Of a DNA stretch of 64,000 nt, positions 13,130 to 27,363 are shown piece by piece. Location of the stretch: assembly GCF_006345805.1 (NCBI RefSeq), contig NC_043007.1, positions 66,030,001-66,094,000 of the forward strand. Reading direction: 5' to 3'. Every line of letters starts with the position of its first letter. The stretch's first letter is position 1. The notes under the pieces were generated by a model that ran no database searches, was not told the origin of the DNA, and worked only from the letters and a program-made list of their open reading frames with translations. This DNA comes from Octopus sinensis (lineage: Eukaryota). A program made the position numbers and the translations under genes.

Positions 13130-14250
13130 ATTATATGGCTGTTCAATTCAGTTCTGGCTGGACCAATATCAGGAAGAAATACCGGAAAGGATCAGCAAAG
13201 AATTCATAATTGAATCAGTTGAATTCATCCTACGAAACTACCATTTCGTATTCGAAAACACTTTTTATAGACATGAATCCAGAATTGCCATGGGCACTAT
13301 GGCAGCCCTGGTCATTGTGAACATAACAATGGGCTATCTGGAAATAATAATATAACAGGAATATTTATCTAATTATGGAAACCCTCTTTCCCAATACATA
13401 AAAGAGAATTCGAAAAGATTCCTGGACGACTGTTTCATCCTCTGGAATGAAAACACAAAGAAACTCATGGAATTCAAAAGTCTATTGAAGATCGTCAACC
13501 CAAACATACAGTTCACAACCAAAAGGAGCTGCCATTCTTGGATATACTAGTTAAAAAAATAAACCTAAAAAAGAAACTGATATATTTTACAAAACTACAG
13601 ACACCAAACAGTATCTACTATTTAATTCATGCCACCAAAGACACACCAAAACAAACATCCCCTTCAATCTTGCAAAAAGGATTTGCGCCATAGTGTCAGA
13701 AAAAAATACCAGAGACTTTAGACTGCAAGAACTCAAAAACACCCTGATTGACAGACACTATCCAGTTCAACTCATAGAGGATGGAATCAGACGTGCAACA
13801 CAAATCGACAAAAATACCTTAAAAGTTCAACACAGTAACACACCTTCCCCCAAAATACTGCCGTACATATCCACATACAACCCCAGAAACAAGGAAGTCC
13901 TCACCATCATCAGCCAAATTCCACCAATGCCACATAAAGACCCCAAATTAAAGGCAATTTTACACAGACATAAGAACATTAAAATCCACAAACAACCGAA
14001 ATCACTAAAAAAGATCCTCACAAAGGCAAAATTATTTTCTAAAATAACAGACGTAAAAGTGAAAAAAGAAAGTGGTCGATCAAATTGGGCAACATGCCCA
14101 AACCTTCTAGAAGGATCAGAATTCCTTTTTAAAGAGGGACAAAAATTCAAAATCAAATCTGATTTTACTTGTGCCTCAGAAAACCTAATTTATGTTATAA
14201 GATGTTATAACATAGGCCCCACGGGATTATCGCTCAGACGCAGATGCAGG
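13130..14250 (+). mobile_element. Penelope-like element fragment (RT C-half, linker, start of GIY-YIG)
   Basis: IAMGT, KRFLDDCF, FNSCH..HTK, LPYISTYNPRN, FTCASENLIYVIRC. Same family as 44554-47700. Confidence 0.9.
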
Positions 14251-14429
14251 CGGAATTACTGCTATATTTACAATGGCTGAACAGGAGACGGGTCAGCCAT
14301 CGCAGGTCGCGAAGGTATCAAGAAAAATTTGTCTAAACTTTGTATTGAATCAAGATTTGCATCAATTATAGAGAAAGAAACAACGAGTGAAGAATGCTTA
14401 ATGTACCTACCTAAATAAGGAACCATTAT

Positions 14430-14640
14430 TATTGGTTTTAAATTTTGGTACAAGGCCAGCAGTTTTGGTGGAGATGTAAGTTGGTTATATCGATTTCAGC
14501 GCTCAACAGGTACTTTATTTTATCAACCCCGAAAAGATGAAAGGCAAAGTCGACTTCAGCGGGATTTCAACTCAGAGCGTAAAGACGGACAAAATGCCGC
14601 CAAGCATTTTTTCCGGCGTACTAATGATTCCGCCAGCACG
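14430..14640 (-). mobile_element. SINE (GGCGGCGAGCTGGCAGAA family)
   Basis: Homology to 5990-6206. Confidence 0.75.
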
Positions 14641-15039
14641 ACATCTTAGAAACCACTATTATTGTTATATCATGCATACACCAATCTTTATTTGCAAACA
14701 TGTACGCGTATTCCAGAAAGAATGATTTTCATATAGCTATATAATTGTTTCCTTACACTGACGGTATTCTGCCGATTTCAATTTCAATCGGGAAAATATT
14801 TTTCATGTGATGGAATTAAATGACGCTTCTAAGTTTATATTTTGTTATGAAAGTCTCGAACATCTCAATCTCCATCCTTCTTAAATAAATATATCATTAA
14901 TGTGAGGTCAATTGAGCGACTCGAGGGTATAACGGTATCATTTCTATTAAAAATTATAACATAAAGCATTGGACTGCCGCTAATCCTCTCCTTGAAAAGG
15001 GTCTCACACTTGATGGATCACCAGTTCTTTAGCCATTCC

Positions 15040-15430
15040 TGGGTTTCTTTCACGGTTTATAAGCTACTACTCATTTTCAGTTGAATGGACTGAAACAAGG
15101 TGAAACGAAATGCTTAAGTGCAAGGACAAAACCTGAACGGTCTTGGAAGTGAAACTGCTTCTATAAGGACATGAGTCCAACAGCTTTAACAGCTAGGTCA
15201 CGCATCTTCATATAAAAAACTCGTAATTTTCAGATCCAATTTCAGTCCCTCCCGGGTTTCTACCACAGTTTACAGCTGATACTCATTGTTAATCGAGTGA
15301 ACTGAAGCAAAATGAAATCAAATGTCAAGTTCTGGGAATTGAAACCCCGACTTTACGAACAGGAATCCAACACCTCTAACAGCTAGGTCACGCACCTTCA
15401 TATAAAGAATTCGTAGTGTTCGGATCTAAC
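15040..15430 (-). mobile_element. Two decayed tRNA-SINE copies in tandem
   Basis: TAACAGCTAGGTCACGCA.CTTCATATAAA is repeated ~195 nt apart; body resembles 25150-25375. Confidence 0.55.
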
Positions 15431-16201
15431 TCAAGATGCACTTCTGTTGAACTTGTCTTTTTCTTACTTTTTTTCTTCTCCCAAAAGGATTTTCTCTTTT
15501 GCTGATGTATTAGTTGTTGTTTTTTTTCTTGTTGTTGCCATTCTTTTTTGTTTTCCTTTCTTATTTTTTTGTTCCTTGTTTATTAATGTGTTTATTGATG
15601 TATCATGTATTCATTCATTCATTTATTTATGGCATCACACGGTGTAGAGGCTGAAAGGTTCTGGCAAGTATTGGCAGGGTCGGTTTAATGTTGGCAAGCT
15701 GGATAGATGGGAGAGGAGTGGTGTGCTACATACACACACACACACACTTATACTACGTACAACCACATAAACATACCTACCTACACACATACATAAATAC
15801 ATACATTGGTGTGAGGTCTAACGTACTCCCTACAAATAACCCCGACCCCAACGACACTTTTATTTCTTTGTTTATTTATTCATTTATTTATATTAAGGTT
15901 TCGCGCTAATTAATGCTTATTGCATTGTAGTGTGTCAGGCTCTATCGAAAATGCCACAGCCGTTCGAACCCTCTTCGGCAGATTTAGTCACCACCATTTC
16001 CCCGCACTAACAACGAGAACAACAAAATCACCACCAGTAGCAGAACTACCACCAATTTCACACCACCGCCACCACCATCACCATCACCGCCATCATCACC
16101 AACACCTCCGCCACGAACGTCATATGTATTATTATCATTTCACTTTATTAAACGTATGCACACAAACTATATATATATACTATATATATGTACATTATAT
16201 A

Positions 16202-16289
<88 letters not shown>

Positions 16290-16307
16290 GTATATATATA
16301 TATATTG

Positions 16308-16338
<31 letters not shown>

Positions 16339-16583
16339 TATATATATATAAATATATATATACATATATGTACGTAAAAAAACATACACACATGGAGACA
16401 TATGTATTTACATAAATGCATACAGGCATATACGTAGATACACTACAAACTTACATAAACACAAACACACGTTGAAACACATTAAAATATGCCGATACAT
16501 AGTCACTGAGTGCCACGCACAGTATTTTCATTTTCTATCCCTCTCCTCTAGCTAGACTTATGATTAAAAACACGCACGCGCTT

Positions 16584-16624
<41 letters not shown>

Positions 16625-17010
16625 TGCACAAACACACACACAACATACATATGGATATATATATACGCAAAAAACGCCAATATATGCTGCTGACCTGCGC
16701 GTGTATCCATCGTCTTGCTTCACGCGCAAAAAACACCCACACCAACAGGCGTACAATTTCGCTCGTATTTAGAAACTTAAATAGGCACTCTTACATATGA
16801 CAAACTTCCATGTTTACATATACGCGTACACACACACATTCACACACGCACACACACACACACACACACACATCGTGCGTGCATATATACACATGCAAGG
16901 CATTTAAACGTACAAATTAATAAAAACACAAGCATTCTTTTCTACATGTGACCGCGTGTGTATCGCTGGCGATTTTCTTTCTCCGTCTTCCCTTCTTTGG
17001 ACTTTTTCTA

Positions 17011-17048
17011 TATTTCTGAAGAAGAGCTCCGCTCGAAACGTTTGAAAT
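17011..17048 (+). ncRNA. Minimal hammerhead motif (core CUGAAGA) inside a ~210-bp Penelope-type module (16935-17150)
   Basis: CTGAAGA-A-GAGC TCC GCTC-GAAAC-GTT; palindromic stem III ACGT; stem I weak. Confidence 0.6.
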
Positions 17049-17148
17049 CCTCTTTCTTTTCTTTCCTTTCCTGAGCGTCCAATAGCACTGCACTTGTTCC
17101 ACGTCCTCGCATTGTTGTTTTTTCTTGCTTGTTCTTGTTTGCATTGAC

Positions 17149-17187
<39 letters not shown>

Positions 17188-17456
17188 GTGCGTGTGTGTG
17201 ATATAATATCAAATTAATGTGGGCAGCTGGACGCAAAATAAACCATATAGGCAAAATTTTGTCGTCACTAATTGAGACTGTATGTCCTGGCAGCACATAT
17301 TTGGCTAGAAAAAAGAGTTAAACTCCTTATAGTTGCGTAAGATCACAGGGTAGATAACTGTCCCATGAGCGAAGTCAAAGCTAGAACACTGTACAGTATA
17401 GCTACACCCTAGTGGAAATTGTCGATACTGTGCCTCCATAATTTACACACACACAC

Positions 17457-17499
<43 letters not shown>

Positions 17500-17598
17500 G
17501 CGCACACACACTCACACACACACATACACATATACACACAAACGTACTTATATACTTTCTGATAATTGCAAATATGCATACAGAAGCAAACAGCTATG

Positions 17599-17638
<40 letters not shown>

Positions 17639-17949
17639 CCACTTACAAACCTCCATAAGTACACAAACAAATATCCATACATTCGTTCCCAAATATCTAT
17701 AATAAAAAAAGCTTTCCAATAGAACTCGTGCAACTCGCGAAACACATATACATGGCATCGATTTAATTGGTAAAAGCGGACTATTTATCTTTGCACAATC
17801 AATTCTGTCTCCTAGAAAAGGTAAAAGCTATTTTTAAAAAATGTAATGGTTGTCTTCTTTGAATAAATGAGACGAACCTTTTATTTCATATTGAAGTTCA
17901 TAGCAGTAATCAAGCGGAGAAAATTAACGGAAATTCAACGCCTGAGATT

Positions 17950-20697
17950 GCGACTAATTAACACAATGACTGGACAGAATACTGGTGTCGGTTATGGCCA
18001 ATCACGAAGCTATTGAAAGAAATTTCAGTGGGTCAATGAACTGAACTAAACTTGCATATATTCTAAAGAAGAAAAAAAAGGCGCCGGAAGATCCCTCAAT
18101 AGGTTACATGAAAAGGATGAAGAAAGACTGGAGTCTAGAAGATCTTACCTATTCGAACGCCAGCGTCAAACAATACAATAGGTAATCTTCATTGAGGAAA
18201 AAGAAATAACTGTTATCCCTATAGACCACCAGAATCAAATTACACAGCAAATAAAATTTAGTTCAGAATTTCTTGTCTTGAGGAGGTCATAAACACTATG
18301 GGCTACAATCGATGCGACGACAATATAACTGAGGCAAATATGCTGCCATCACTCGATCGAGCAGTAACTGATTATGATCGAACAGAAACAAGTGAAGAAT
18401 ATAATCAATTCAAAGAATACTTAATAAAACTCAAACAGAAATATACCATCTGCATTAACAATTAAATAAAAGAACAAGTTCCACCCGAATCGATAGAAAA
18501 CCGCTCGATTTTATCCGCAATGGATCAAATAGTTAAAGAATAATTAGCAGCAATCAAGAAATTCTAACACTTGGATACTGAATGTTTTGCTCTCTTGTGC
18601 TACTATTACAATTTACCAATAGATAGGAGTATCGGAGTTTAAGCATAGTGAGAAGAATCAATCAAAATTGATTAGTTCTCTTCAGACACATATCGAAAGA
18701 CTCGGGAAAAAATATTAGACAGCAAAACACTATCATTAGGTGCAAAGTGAATAATAAATTCACGAACCACCATCTGCAACTTTATGAGAGATTATCTAAG
18801 GTCTATGGGAACTGTTGACAAGGAACACTTACGGGTAAATTAAGTGCTTTTAAATACAAACTACGAGAAACTCTCGAGAACGAAAAGCCACCGATTGCAA
18901 GTTTGCAGTAAGCCCACATGTAGTGTATCACAGTGTGAAAGGCAATATCATCAAGGCTGTGAAATCCCCAACCCAAGATGATCTAAGTTTCGTTTTGGGG
19001 AGAGGTCTGGAATGTAAACAAACAGCGCAACAGAGATGCAATGGGGTTAGATGAGCTACCTACTGAGTATGGTGCAAACGTCTCTCTCGAAACATAATGT
19101 CGGTAGAGAAACTGTCCTAGATGCTGTGACAAACCTGCTAAATGGGAAATCTCCTGGGAGGAATTTGATAGCCGGTAATTATATAGAAGGCTTACATTCT
19201 ACAAAACGTCAGCTTGTTCAAAAGAACAACGAATACTGAGATTGATATGTCAGATTGGATTGCAGATTCACGTGCAATACTTGAAGCCACACATGGCTAA
19301 AAACTTCAGACCCATAGTGTGCTTAAATGCAATATATAAATTATGTACAAGTTACTTGAATGTATTTTTTTTGCAGGATTACTGTGAAATATACAATGTA
19401 GTGACTGAAGAGCAAGCAGGGGGCAATAAAGGAGATTTGAGTAATGTCAAACAACTCCTTTTCAAGAAAGCAGTCCTTACAGAAGCGATCAGCTCTGCGG
19501 AAACCTGCTGACTGTATAGTTCGACTATAAGAAGGCGTTTGACTGTTCCTCATTAACAGATTATAGAGTCACTACTCTTCGCTAAGGTTACAACTTCTAT
19601 AATCAGTACTGTTAAGGGACTGACAGCAACATGATCCTCACTACTAACGTTAAAACTTGAAGCTATTACTATAGTTAAAACAGGAATATTCTAGAACGAC
19701 GGTTTATCTACAATGCATTTTTCCAAGCAGTGAAACCCATGTCAGCCCTGTTAGGGGCTGAGGTCTGACATGACAGGAGCTGCAGATGAAAGAAAGAGTA
19801 ATTTCACCCGCACCGTTTTTTGTGATGGTCTTTAGCTGTTCTTGAGTAATATTCATGACTACAAAAAGCAATTGGAACTGGCCGCAATATTCTTACGGCA
19901 CATAGGAATGGAATTTGTTCATATTTCATAGTCAAACGAGGAAATGTTGTCGACCAGGATTTCAGTAGACTGTCTGTTTCCTCTGTCATTATGTTACAAA
20001 TATTTTGGAATCGACGAGAATATTGCATATGTTGATATTGTGAGTAAAATTAGTGTCACAAAAGAATACTTAGCAGATTGTGGACGCTATGGAAGCCAGA
20101 GCCGTTTACATTCAAGAAAACAATATACTATAATGATCTTATAGTGCCAGTGCTAGCATCAACATTTGGGATAATAGACTGGACACTTGAAAAAATCCGC
20201 AACTCGAACGTGAGGGCTAGGAAAATACTAACAATGAATGGAAACTTCTACATCAACAGTGACACTGACAAGATCTATACTAAACGGAGGGATGGAGATA
20301 GAGTTTTAAGACCAGAACAGATAGCCTTTGAATGCCGCATTGTTTCACAAAATAACACCTACTAAACAGTAAAGAGTAAAAAATTTGTACATTATGTGTA
20401 TACTCAACACTGAAAGAATTAACATCGTGAGAATAGGCGAAGAACTCTTTAACAAGTACTCCGAGTTTACTGCTGCCCTATGTGGACCAAGGCTGGTTGT
20501 ACTCACCTAACAAAGATACTTGGAAGAGAAATATTCATTATACCATTTGAAAGGCGAGCTTAAGTTGATATACAACAAACTAGAAAATGCCAACAACATT
20601 GATAGGAATAGTATACTCTCCTAGACCTGAGGTAAGTATGCTACATCTCACCATGAAGACGACACTTTATATATTCAGGAACAGGAAATATCTACTA
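17950..20697 (+). pseudogene. Long decayed R4-type RT element (family B-like), 3' end lost
   Basis: YMKRMKKDW, NGKSPG, KNFRPIVCLNAIYKLCTS, EQAGG, IVPVLASTFGIIDW..RKILTMNG..DTDKIY, IQEQEISTK; collinear with the RT of 101-2525. Confidence 0.8.
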
Positions 20698-21580
20698 AAT
20701 GAACTGCAAAAGCAGAAATTTAATTTACTGCATCAAATGCCCAAATTGTGAAGAAATATATGTAGGTCAGACGGGAAATGCCCTATCAGAACGCTCACGT
20801 GTACACCGACAACAGATTAGAGACCCAGAGGTCCGTCAGATACCTTTGAGTAACCACCTAGCAACATGTGGTCGGAAAATATATATAATATTTCTATTCT
20901 ACAAATTACACAGCCCAAGTGAAATCGAGAGGAAAATCAGAGAAAATAATTTTATTGATAAATTCGAACCCAAGCTAAATAAGCAATAATAATAATACTT
21001 AGATAGCAGAAAAATTATCTTATTTAGGGTTAAAAGTTCTATTGCCACCACCATCACCACTAGCAACAATAATTAAGGTGCTGACAATGATGATGATGAC
21101 GATTGAAATATAAAAATATAAAAATTTCTGACAAAGGCTATTTACAACATTTCTAAAAATAGCCCAACAATTGCTGCCTCGGCCAGGGTTAAGATACAGG
21201 ACTCTTAACATGTCCAACAAAGCGTGACGCCTAAACCAATCAGCTCAACCAACCAATCAGCTTAAGTAATTGAGTGATACTACACACTGGTTGATCAGAA
21301 TACAGTTTGCAAAACCTAGCAATCTGGAGCCTACACAGCTGTATTTAAGGCACAGATTCAATCATCTCGCTACAGTCAAAAATTGTGAAGCATGACTATC
21401 ACCACTACTACATGAACCTGAAGATTGCAGAATTTAATGCATGAAAGTACTAGTTCAATCAGAATGAACATTTAACATTCTATTATTTTATTTTATTTTA
21501 TTATATTATATTATCTTATATCATTATAAGATTGTAAATAAAACGTGAAAATCAGACAAGGTTGGAATTCCTTTTATTAA
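20698..21580 (+). mobile_element. 3' fragment of a second Penelope-like family: GIY-YIG (20699-20989) plus 3' UTR
   Basis: NCKSRNLIYCIKCPNCEEIYVGQTG..R..H..E..FI.KF.PKLN; hammerhead in the UTR. Confidence 0.9.
21413..21457 (+). ncRNA. Minimal type-I hammerhead ribozyme in Penelope 3' UTR
   Basis: TGAAC-CTGAAGA-TTGCA GAATTTAA TGCAT-GAAA-GTAC-TA-GTTCA: perfect 5-bp stem I, palindromic stem III AGTACT, predicted cleavage after CUA. Confidence 0.75.
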
Positions 21581-21611
21581 TATATTCTTCTATACACAAT
21601 CACGCACACCC

Positions 21612-21680
<69 letters not shown>

Positions 21681-21696
21681 ATATATGTATATATAT

Positions 21697-21870
21697 AAAA
21701 TTATAATTTAGGGTATCTAAGTGATACCACCAGTAATTTTTTGCTAGTTTATTTTGTTCTTTTGTCTTCTCTCCTGGTGGTGTATGAACATTTAATGTGG
21801 CTCTAGAGTCAAGTTTTGGCTGCTATTTCCAGCGTGGTGATATCTCTTAGATACCCTAAATTATAATTTT
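21697..21870. repeat. ~175-bp element with 32-bp terminal inverted repeats
   Basis: AAAATTATAATTTAGGGTATCTAAGTGATACC versus the reverse complement of 21839-21870 (2 mismatches). Confidence 0.8.
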
Positions 21871-21984
21871 AATAATAATTATTACCTTTGAATGTTTTTT
21901 ATTCCCATGCTGGCCACTTGATAAGATCGATATTTAAATTAACGATCTTATCCTTATTTATATAAATTTATATATACATACATA

Positions 21985-22059
<75 letters not shown>

Positions 22060-22110
22060 GTATGTAGTATATATGTATGTATATGTATATATGTATGTAT
22101 TTATATATAA

Positions 22111-22242
22111 AACGACCAAGAACGACTTACCACCGTATGATCTGTGCCGACTGCGGGATGCCACTCAGTGAAATACTTCTGGCGGCTGAAGATGAAAATG
22201 AGTGGAAAGCCTTAATAATCTATGTCTGCCAATGACTGACGA

Positions 22243-22275
<33 letters not shown>

Positions 22276-22330
22276 TGTATGTATGTATGTATGTATGTAT
22301 GTATGTATGTATGCATGTATGTATGTATGT
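22111..22330 (+). mobile_element. Extreme 3' end of an RTE-like LINE with (TATG)n tail
   Basis: RPRTTYHRMICADCGMPLSEILLAAEDENEWKALIIYVCQ* resembles the GRPR..W..D....A.DR..WR C-terminus; the tail starts right after the stop. Confidence 0.6.
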
Positions 22331-23015
22331 ATACATATATATGCACACACACAAGCACAGAGTATATTGTTTAGGTTTAGCGATATTAATAACACTAATA
22401 ACGTGGTATTAGAACTTAATATAGATGTGTTGCAGAGTATATGTATAATACACAGACTTGTATGCCTTCACTTGCAAAGACAGATGGATACATACGCCCT
22501 CATCTTCGAGAACCAATTTGCTTTGGCTTCGATCCTTTCTTTCTACCATACTATTCTATTATATACCATACCACTGTATTATCAAATGATTATAACTTTG
22601 ACAGCGATATGGATTCTCATCCTCAGCTCAACATTGATTGAGAAGACCTATGATCAAAGCGATTCTACCCATGACAGTCTCGTCTTTCATTCAAGCGTAG
22701 TATATTTATGACTTCATTATATAATTTGTCTCGTTGTCTACTATTCTTAGGAGGCTGACTGCAGTGAAAAGACTCCCTCGTATGACTGTGTCAGTACTAA
22801 TAGTTTTAGAGCTGTAAGTAAGGATAGAATGCCTTGTGGTATTTATTCCTTCTCCTCCTCCTCTCTCCCTCTCTCTCCCCTCTCTATCTCTTCACTCTCG
22901 CTCACTTTCAAACCCCTTCGAAATCAACTTCATTCTTTCGGAGTGGTCGATAAATAACGTACCAATCAAAAACCCTGATAGTTTCTTCCCTCTCTCTCTC
23001 TCTCTCTCCATCTCT

Positions 23016-23053
<38 letters not shown>

Positions 23054-23329
23054 TACCCTATCTTCTTTCTCCAGCTTTTCTCTCTTCCCCTTTTTCTTCC
23101 TATTCTCTCGCTTTCTCCTCTCTCTCACTCATTCTCTCTACACTGAACTGAAAAGAATTCCTTTTCTTTTCAGACCGGAAGAGAGATAACGGTCCCTGTT
23201 GTGATTTTAAAAAGTGTCCAGGATATGTTATATGTCACGGCGGCATCTCTATGACACTATAAAGAATTGAAAGTACAATTTAAGATAATATTATCGTTGT
23301 GATCGCTGAGGAGATTTTTTTTCTTCTTC

Positions 23330-23870
23330 GAACAGCCCTGATCATGCATACTTATAAGTAAAGACTTCCAATTGCGATCATCCTATCTTTTATTCAAACA
23401 CGGCGTATGTATGACCACAGTATTCAGTGTGTACTCATTTGAAGATAATTGGAAGTGATCTGAATGAGATTTGACTGCTATTTCTAATAGGTCGTTATGA
23501 ACAGACACCTTTAAAGTGAGACAATCCACTCTTATATTCTTTTATTCAAACATAGTGAATTTAGGGTTACTATTTCAAATATGAGTTTCTCCTTTTCAGA
23601 ACATTGAAGATCGTTTAATGGTAATTTAACAACTATTTCTTGCAGGTCGAAGAATAGTTCAGAATGAGATTTGGTTGTTATTTCTAAAAGGTCGTTATGT
23701 GCAGAGACCTTTGAAATGAGACTGTCGACTCTGTTATTCCTTTATTCAAACATAGTGTATCTAGGACTGCTATTTCAAATATCTGCTTCTCATTTTCAGA
23801 ACGTTGAAGATGGCTCAATGGAAATTTGACTGCTACTTCTTTTAACTGAAATAATAGTTCTAGAGGCTTT
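23330..23870. repeat. Diverged ~200-bp tandem duplication containing ATTTGRCTGCTATTTC motifs
   Basis: GAATGAGATTTG..TTATTCAAACATAGTG..TTCAGAAC.TTGAAGAT is repeated at ~200-nt spacing. Confidence 0.7.
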
Positions 23871-24651
23871 CCTGCTCGATGGCTCGCAACCATGGTGCTA
23901 ATAAATGAGGAGGCACTGATGCGTTGGTGTTATGCGGTTGGTTTGCACATTCTCTAAATGCCTGTACCATCACGGCTCTCCTACACCCAATCATCATTGC
24001 TACTATTACTACTACTAACACCAGACCCCAATTCTCTCAATGACGTACTCCCTACCCACAAATGTGCTTTCTTTTATTTATTACCGGTAGCGAACACATA
24101 ACCGACTTTCCCCAGCGCAACCACAGGATCACACAGCCACAGAGTTCATTCATTTCGCTGCTGTTCATTACCAAATTGTTTGTTCTGATGGACAGTTAGT
24201 TAGTTGATTAGTCACCTTGGCTAATCAAAACGACGACGACAAAGATGGCGATGATGGTTATGATAATGATAATTAAAATAACGATGATTGTTCACATTTC
24301 TCAGCGGGAATTTATTGACCCAGGAATTCGCCGAATACCTAGGAGGAATGAAAGAAGTGTATATCGGCATGGCATCACTGTGTATGTAATTAAGAAATTC
24401 GCTTCACATCCGCTTGGTTCCGGGCTCGATCCCATTGCCCGGTACCTTTGTGCAAGAATCTCATATTGCCTTCGGTTAATTTGGCAGAAGTGTTATAGTA
24501 TGTTATCTCTCTATATAAAAAGTAGTATTAAAGTATGTTATATAGACATAAAAGGTACTATATTTTACTTTTAACCCAATATTCACGCCCTATTATTAAG
24601 AGCTTCATATGCTTCGAGTTTCACCTTTCCAAAGACTATATACACACACAC

Positions 24652-24870
<219 letters not shown>

Positions 24871-25149
24871 TTATATTTTACTCGTTTCAGTCTTTCGACT
24901 GCGACGGTGCTGGGGGAACCGACTTGAAAGGTTTAGTCGAAAAAAAAATCGTGCCTCGTACTTATATTGTCGGTCTCTCTTACCAAACAACTAAGTTCCG
25001 GGAACGTAAACAAACCAACACCGATTCTCAAGTGATAGCGGGGGAAAAGCACAAAAACACATGCACGTATATACACACACATGCACACGCACACACACTC
25101 ACACTGACATATAAGTAAAAATAAATAAATGCGACCTTTTAAAGTCTGT

Positions 25150-25375
25150 CCAGGCTCATGGGCCCGGTTTCCCGGTTTCAATGGCGTATGTGTTCTCCAG
25201 CTGAACGGGACGCCAGACCATCGCAGCGTTACTCATTTTTGCTAGCTGAGTGAACTGGAGCAACGCTAAAGGAAGTGTTTTGCTCAAGAACACAACGCGT
25301 CGCCCGGTCCAGGAATCGAAACCACAATCTTACGATCATGATGCTGACACCTCAACCACTAAGCCACGCGCCTCC
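25150..25375 (-). mobile_element. tRNA-derived SINE
   Basis: Minus strand GGAGGCGCGTGGCTTAGTGGTTGAGG...GGTTTCGATTCC (A/B boxes). Confidence 0.85.
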
Positions 25376-25454
25376 AAACCCACAAACACCCCCCCATACA
25401 CACACACACTCATATATATATATTAAATTTCGAATTAAAAGCAGCTCTAATAAT

Positions 25455-25730
25455 ATAAACGTTATCGGTCGCAACTGTTACTTAATTTATCGACATGAAA
25501 GGATGAAAGGCAAAGTTGACCTAAACACAGAGAGGACAAACAAGGACAGGCAAACGGATTAAGTCGATTATATCGACCACAGTGCGTAACTGGTACTTAA
25601 TTTATCGACCCCGAAATGGCGAAAGGCAAAGTCGACTTCGGCGGAATTTGAACTCAGAACGTAGCGGAAAACGAAATAATGATAAGCATTTCGCCCAGCA
25701 TGCTAATCTTTCTGCCAGGTCACCGCCTTA
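25455..25730 (-). mobile_element. SINE (GGCGGCGAGCTGGCAGAA family) with internal duplication
   Basis: Homology to 6207-6440. Confidence 0.8.
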
Positions 25731-26556
25731 CTATACAAAATAATAAAAATAAAAAATATTGGCAGAGGTTAGAAGAATTGTTGGAGCGTTGTAAAAATAC
25801 CTCTTTGCAATATTTAGTTCGGATCATTATGTTTTGAGTTCAAATCACGCCTTTAATCCTGGAGAGGTTTTATCAGGTATGACCTGGATATCATCATCAT
25901 CTGCAACGGCCTTGCAGCTTGTAGCCTTAATACGTAGAGACACTGTACAGGTATACCTCAACTTACGTCTGTAACCGGTTCCAAGAAGCTCGAAATACGA
26001 CGTAACAAGAAAAAGACATTTTGAAAACTGTATTAGCTTATATCTGTTTTAATAAATGGTTTGTACATATTTTCACATGCATTTTATTTCATTTTCTACT
26101 CCAGTACTGGATATTAGGTGATTTTTTTCTTAAATTCTCGTGCTTTTAAATACGTTTGCTGAATTGGACATAAAATAAAATAAATCGACTGCAATTGAGG
26201 TTTATTTTTCTCCATGAATTTCTTTAAAGAAAATAAAAAACCACCGACATAAAGTCGAAACATCCGTAATTCGAAAACACGTAAATTGAGGTATGCAAAA
26301 AAAAAAAGAAATGAAAAAAAAAGGGAAAAATTAAATTAAACTAAATGGTCATGGTTGGAATATCTTTTTATATAATAGGACTGCTTGGACAGAGCTGACC
26401 CGTCGGGATAAAACAGCGCTTAAAATAAGTAGGAGAAACTTTGCAGCATGCAGCGATGGCATCCATCCGCCCATCCCGCTCTCCTACCATAGGTTTCTCT
26501 CCCAACCACGTCAATTGAACCAATCAGTTAGGCAGTCATCCGTCCATCTTACTCAC

Positions 26557-26640
26557 CATCCATCATGTTAGGCTGAACGTTTACCACTTTTCATTAGAAT
26601 CAGTCTTTAATCCCTCTAACGCTATCTTCTACTGCATCCG
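26557..26640 (-). other. Candidate first coding exon end of a host gene (ATG ATG GAT G | GTGAGT)
   Basis: Non-repetitive sequence; ATG at 26566 followed 10 nt later by a consensus donor at 26556-26551. The upstream boundary is unknown. Confidence 0.3.
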
Positions 26641-27186
26641 CTCTAAACAGATTTCCTCCGTTTCGTTTCGCTTTTCTTTTGTTTTTTTCGTTTTGTTTTT
26701 TTTTTTTGGTCTTGTTTTTCTTTTTTGCAATCATCCTACTATCGTCACCCTCACTACTTCCACAAACACATCTTAACCACTTTATGGCAAAAACAAGAAT
26801 AAAACCCAGTAAAAAGGCAATGACAAAAGCAAAAAAAAAAAGAGAATGAAAATGAAACACACAAAAAAAAAAAAGAAAACGAAAAATAAAAACACAAGCA
26901 GTAATAATAAAAATAACACCTACTACAAGCATAACAACAACAACTACGACAACAACGATAATAACCCTCACATTACCATTCTAATATTTTCCTTAATCCA
27001 CAATAGCTTCTTTTAGCGAGAAATATAGAAATGGAGGTAACGGCGGTGGTAGCGGTGGTGAGCATTAAAAGAAATAAATGAAAACAAAACAACAGAAAAA
27101 AAAAAACAATCGAAAACATGAAGACACACACTAAAACACACATACACACACATATGTACACATACATATACGTATGATGCATATAC

Positions 27187-27234
<48 letters not shown>

Positions 27235-27252
27235 TATATATGTATATGTATC

Positions 27253-27363
<111 letters not shown>

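Noticed and set aside
15920-16130. Acceptor-like site and Pro/His-rich ORF
   Set aside because: Low-complexity CAC/CCA sequence, no recognisable protein and no convincing donor.
22185-22215. CTGAAGA...GAAA spacing
   Set aside because: No stems form; it lies within the coding end of an RTE-like LINE.
25960-25995. Possible 22-nt minus-strand micro-exon ending AC|GTAAGT
   Set aside because: The acceptor would be GAG with a weak pyrimidine tract; chance occurrence is likely.
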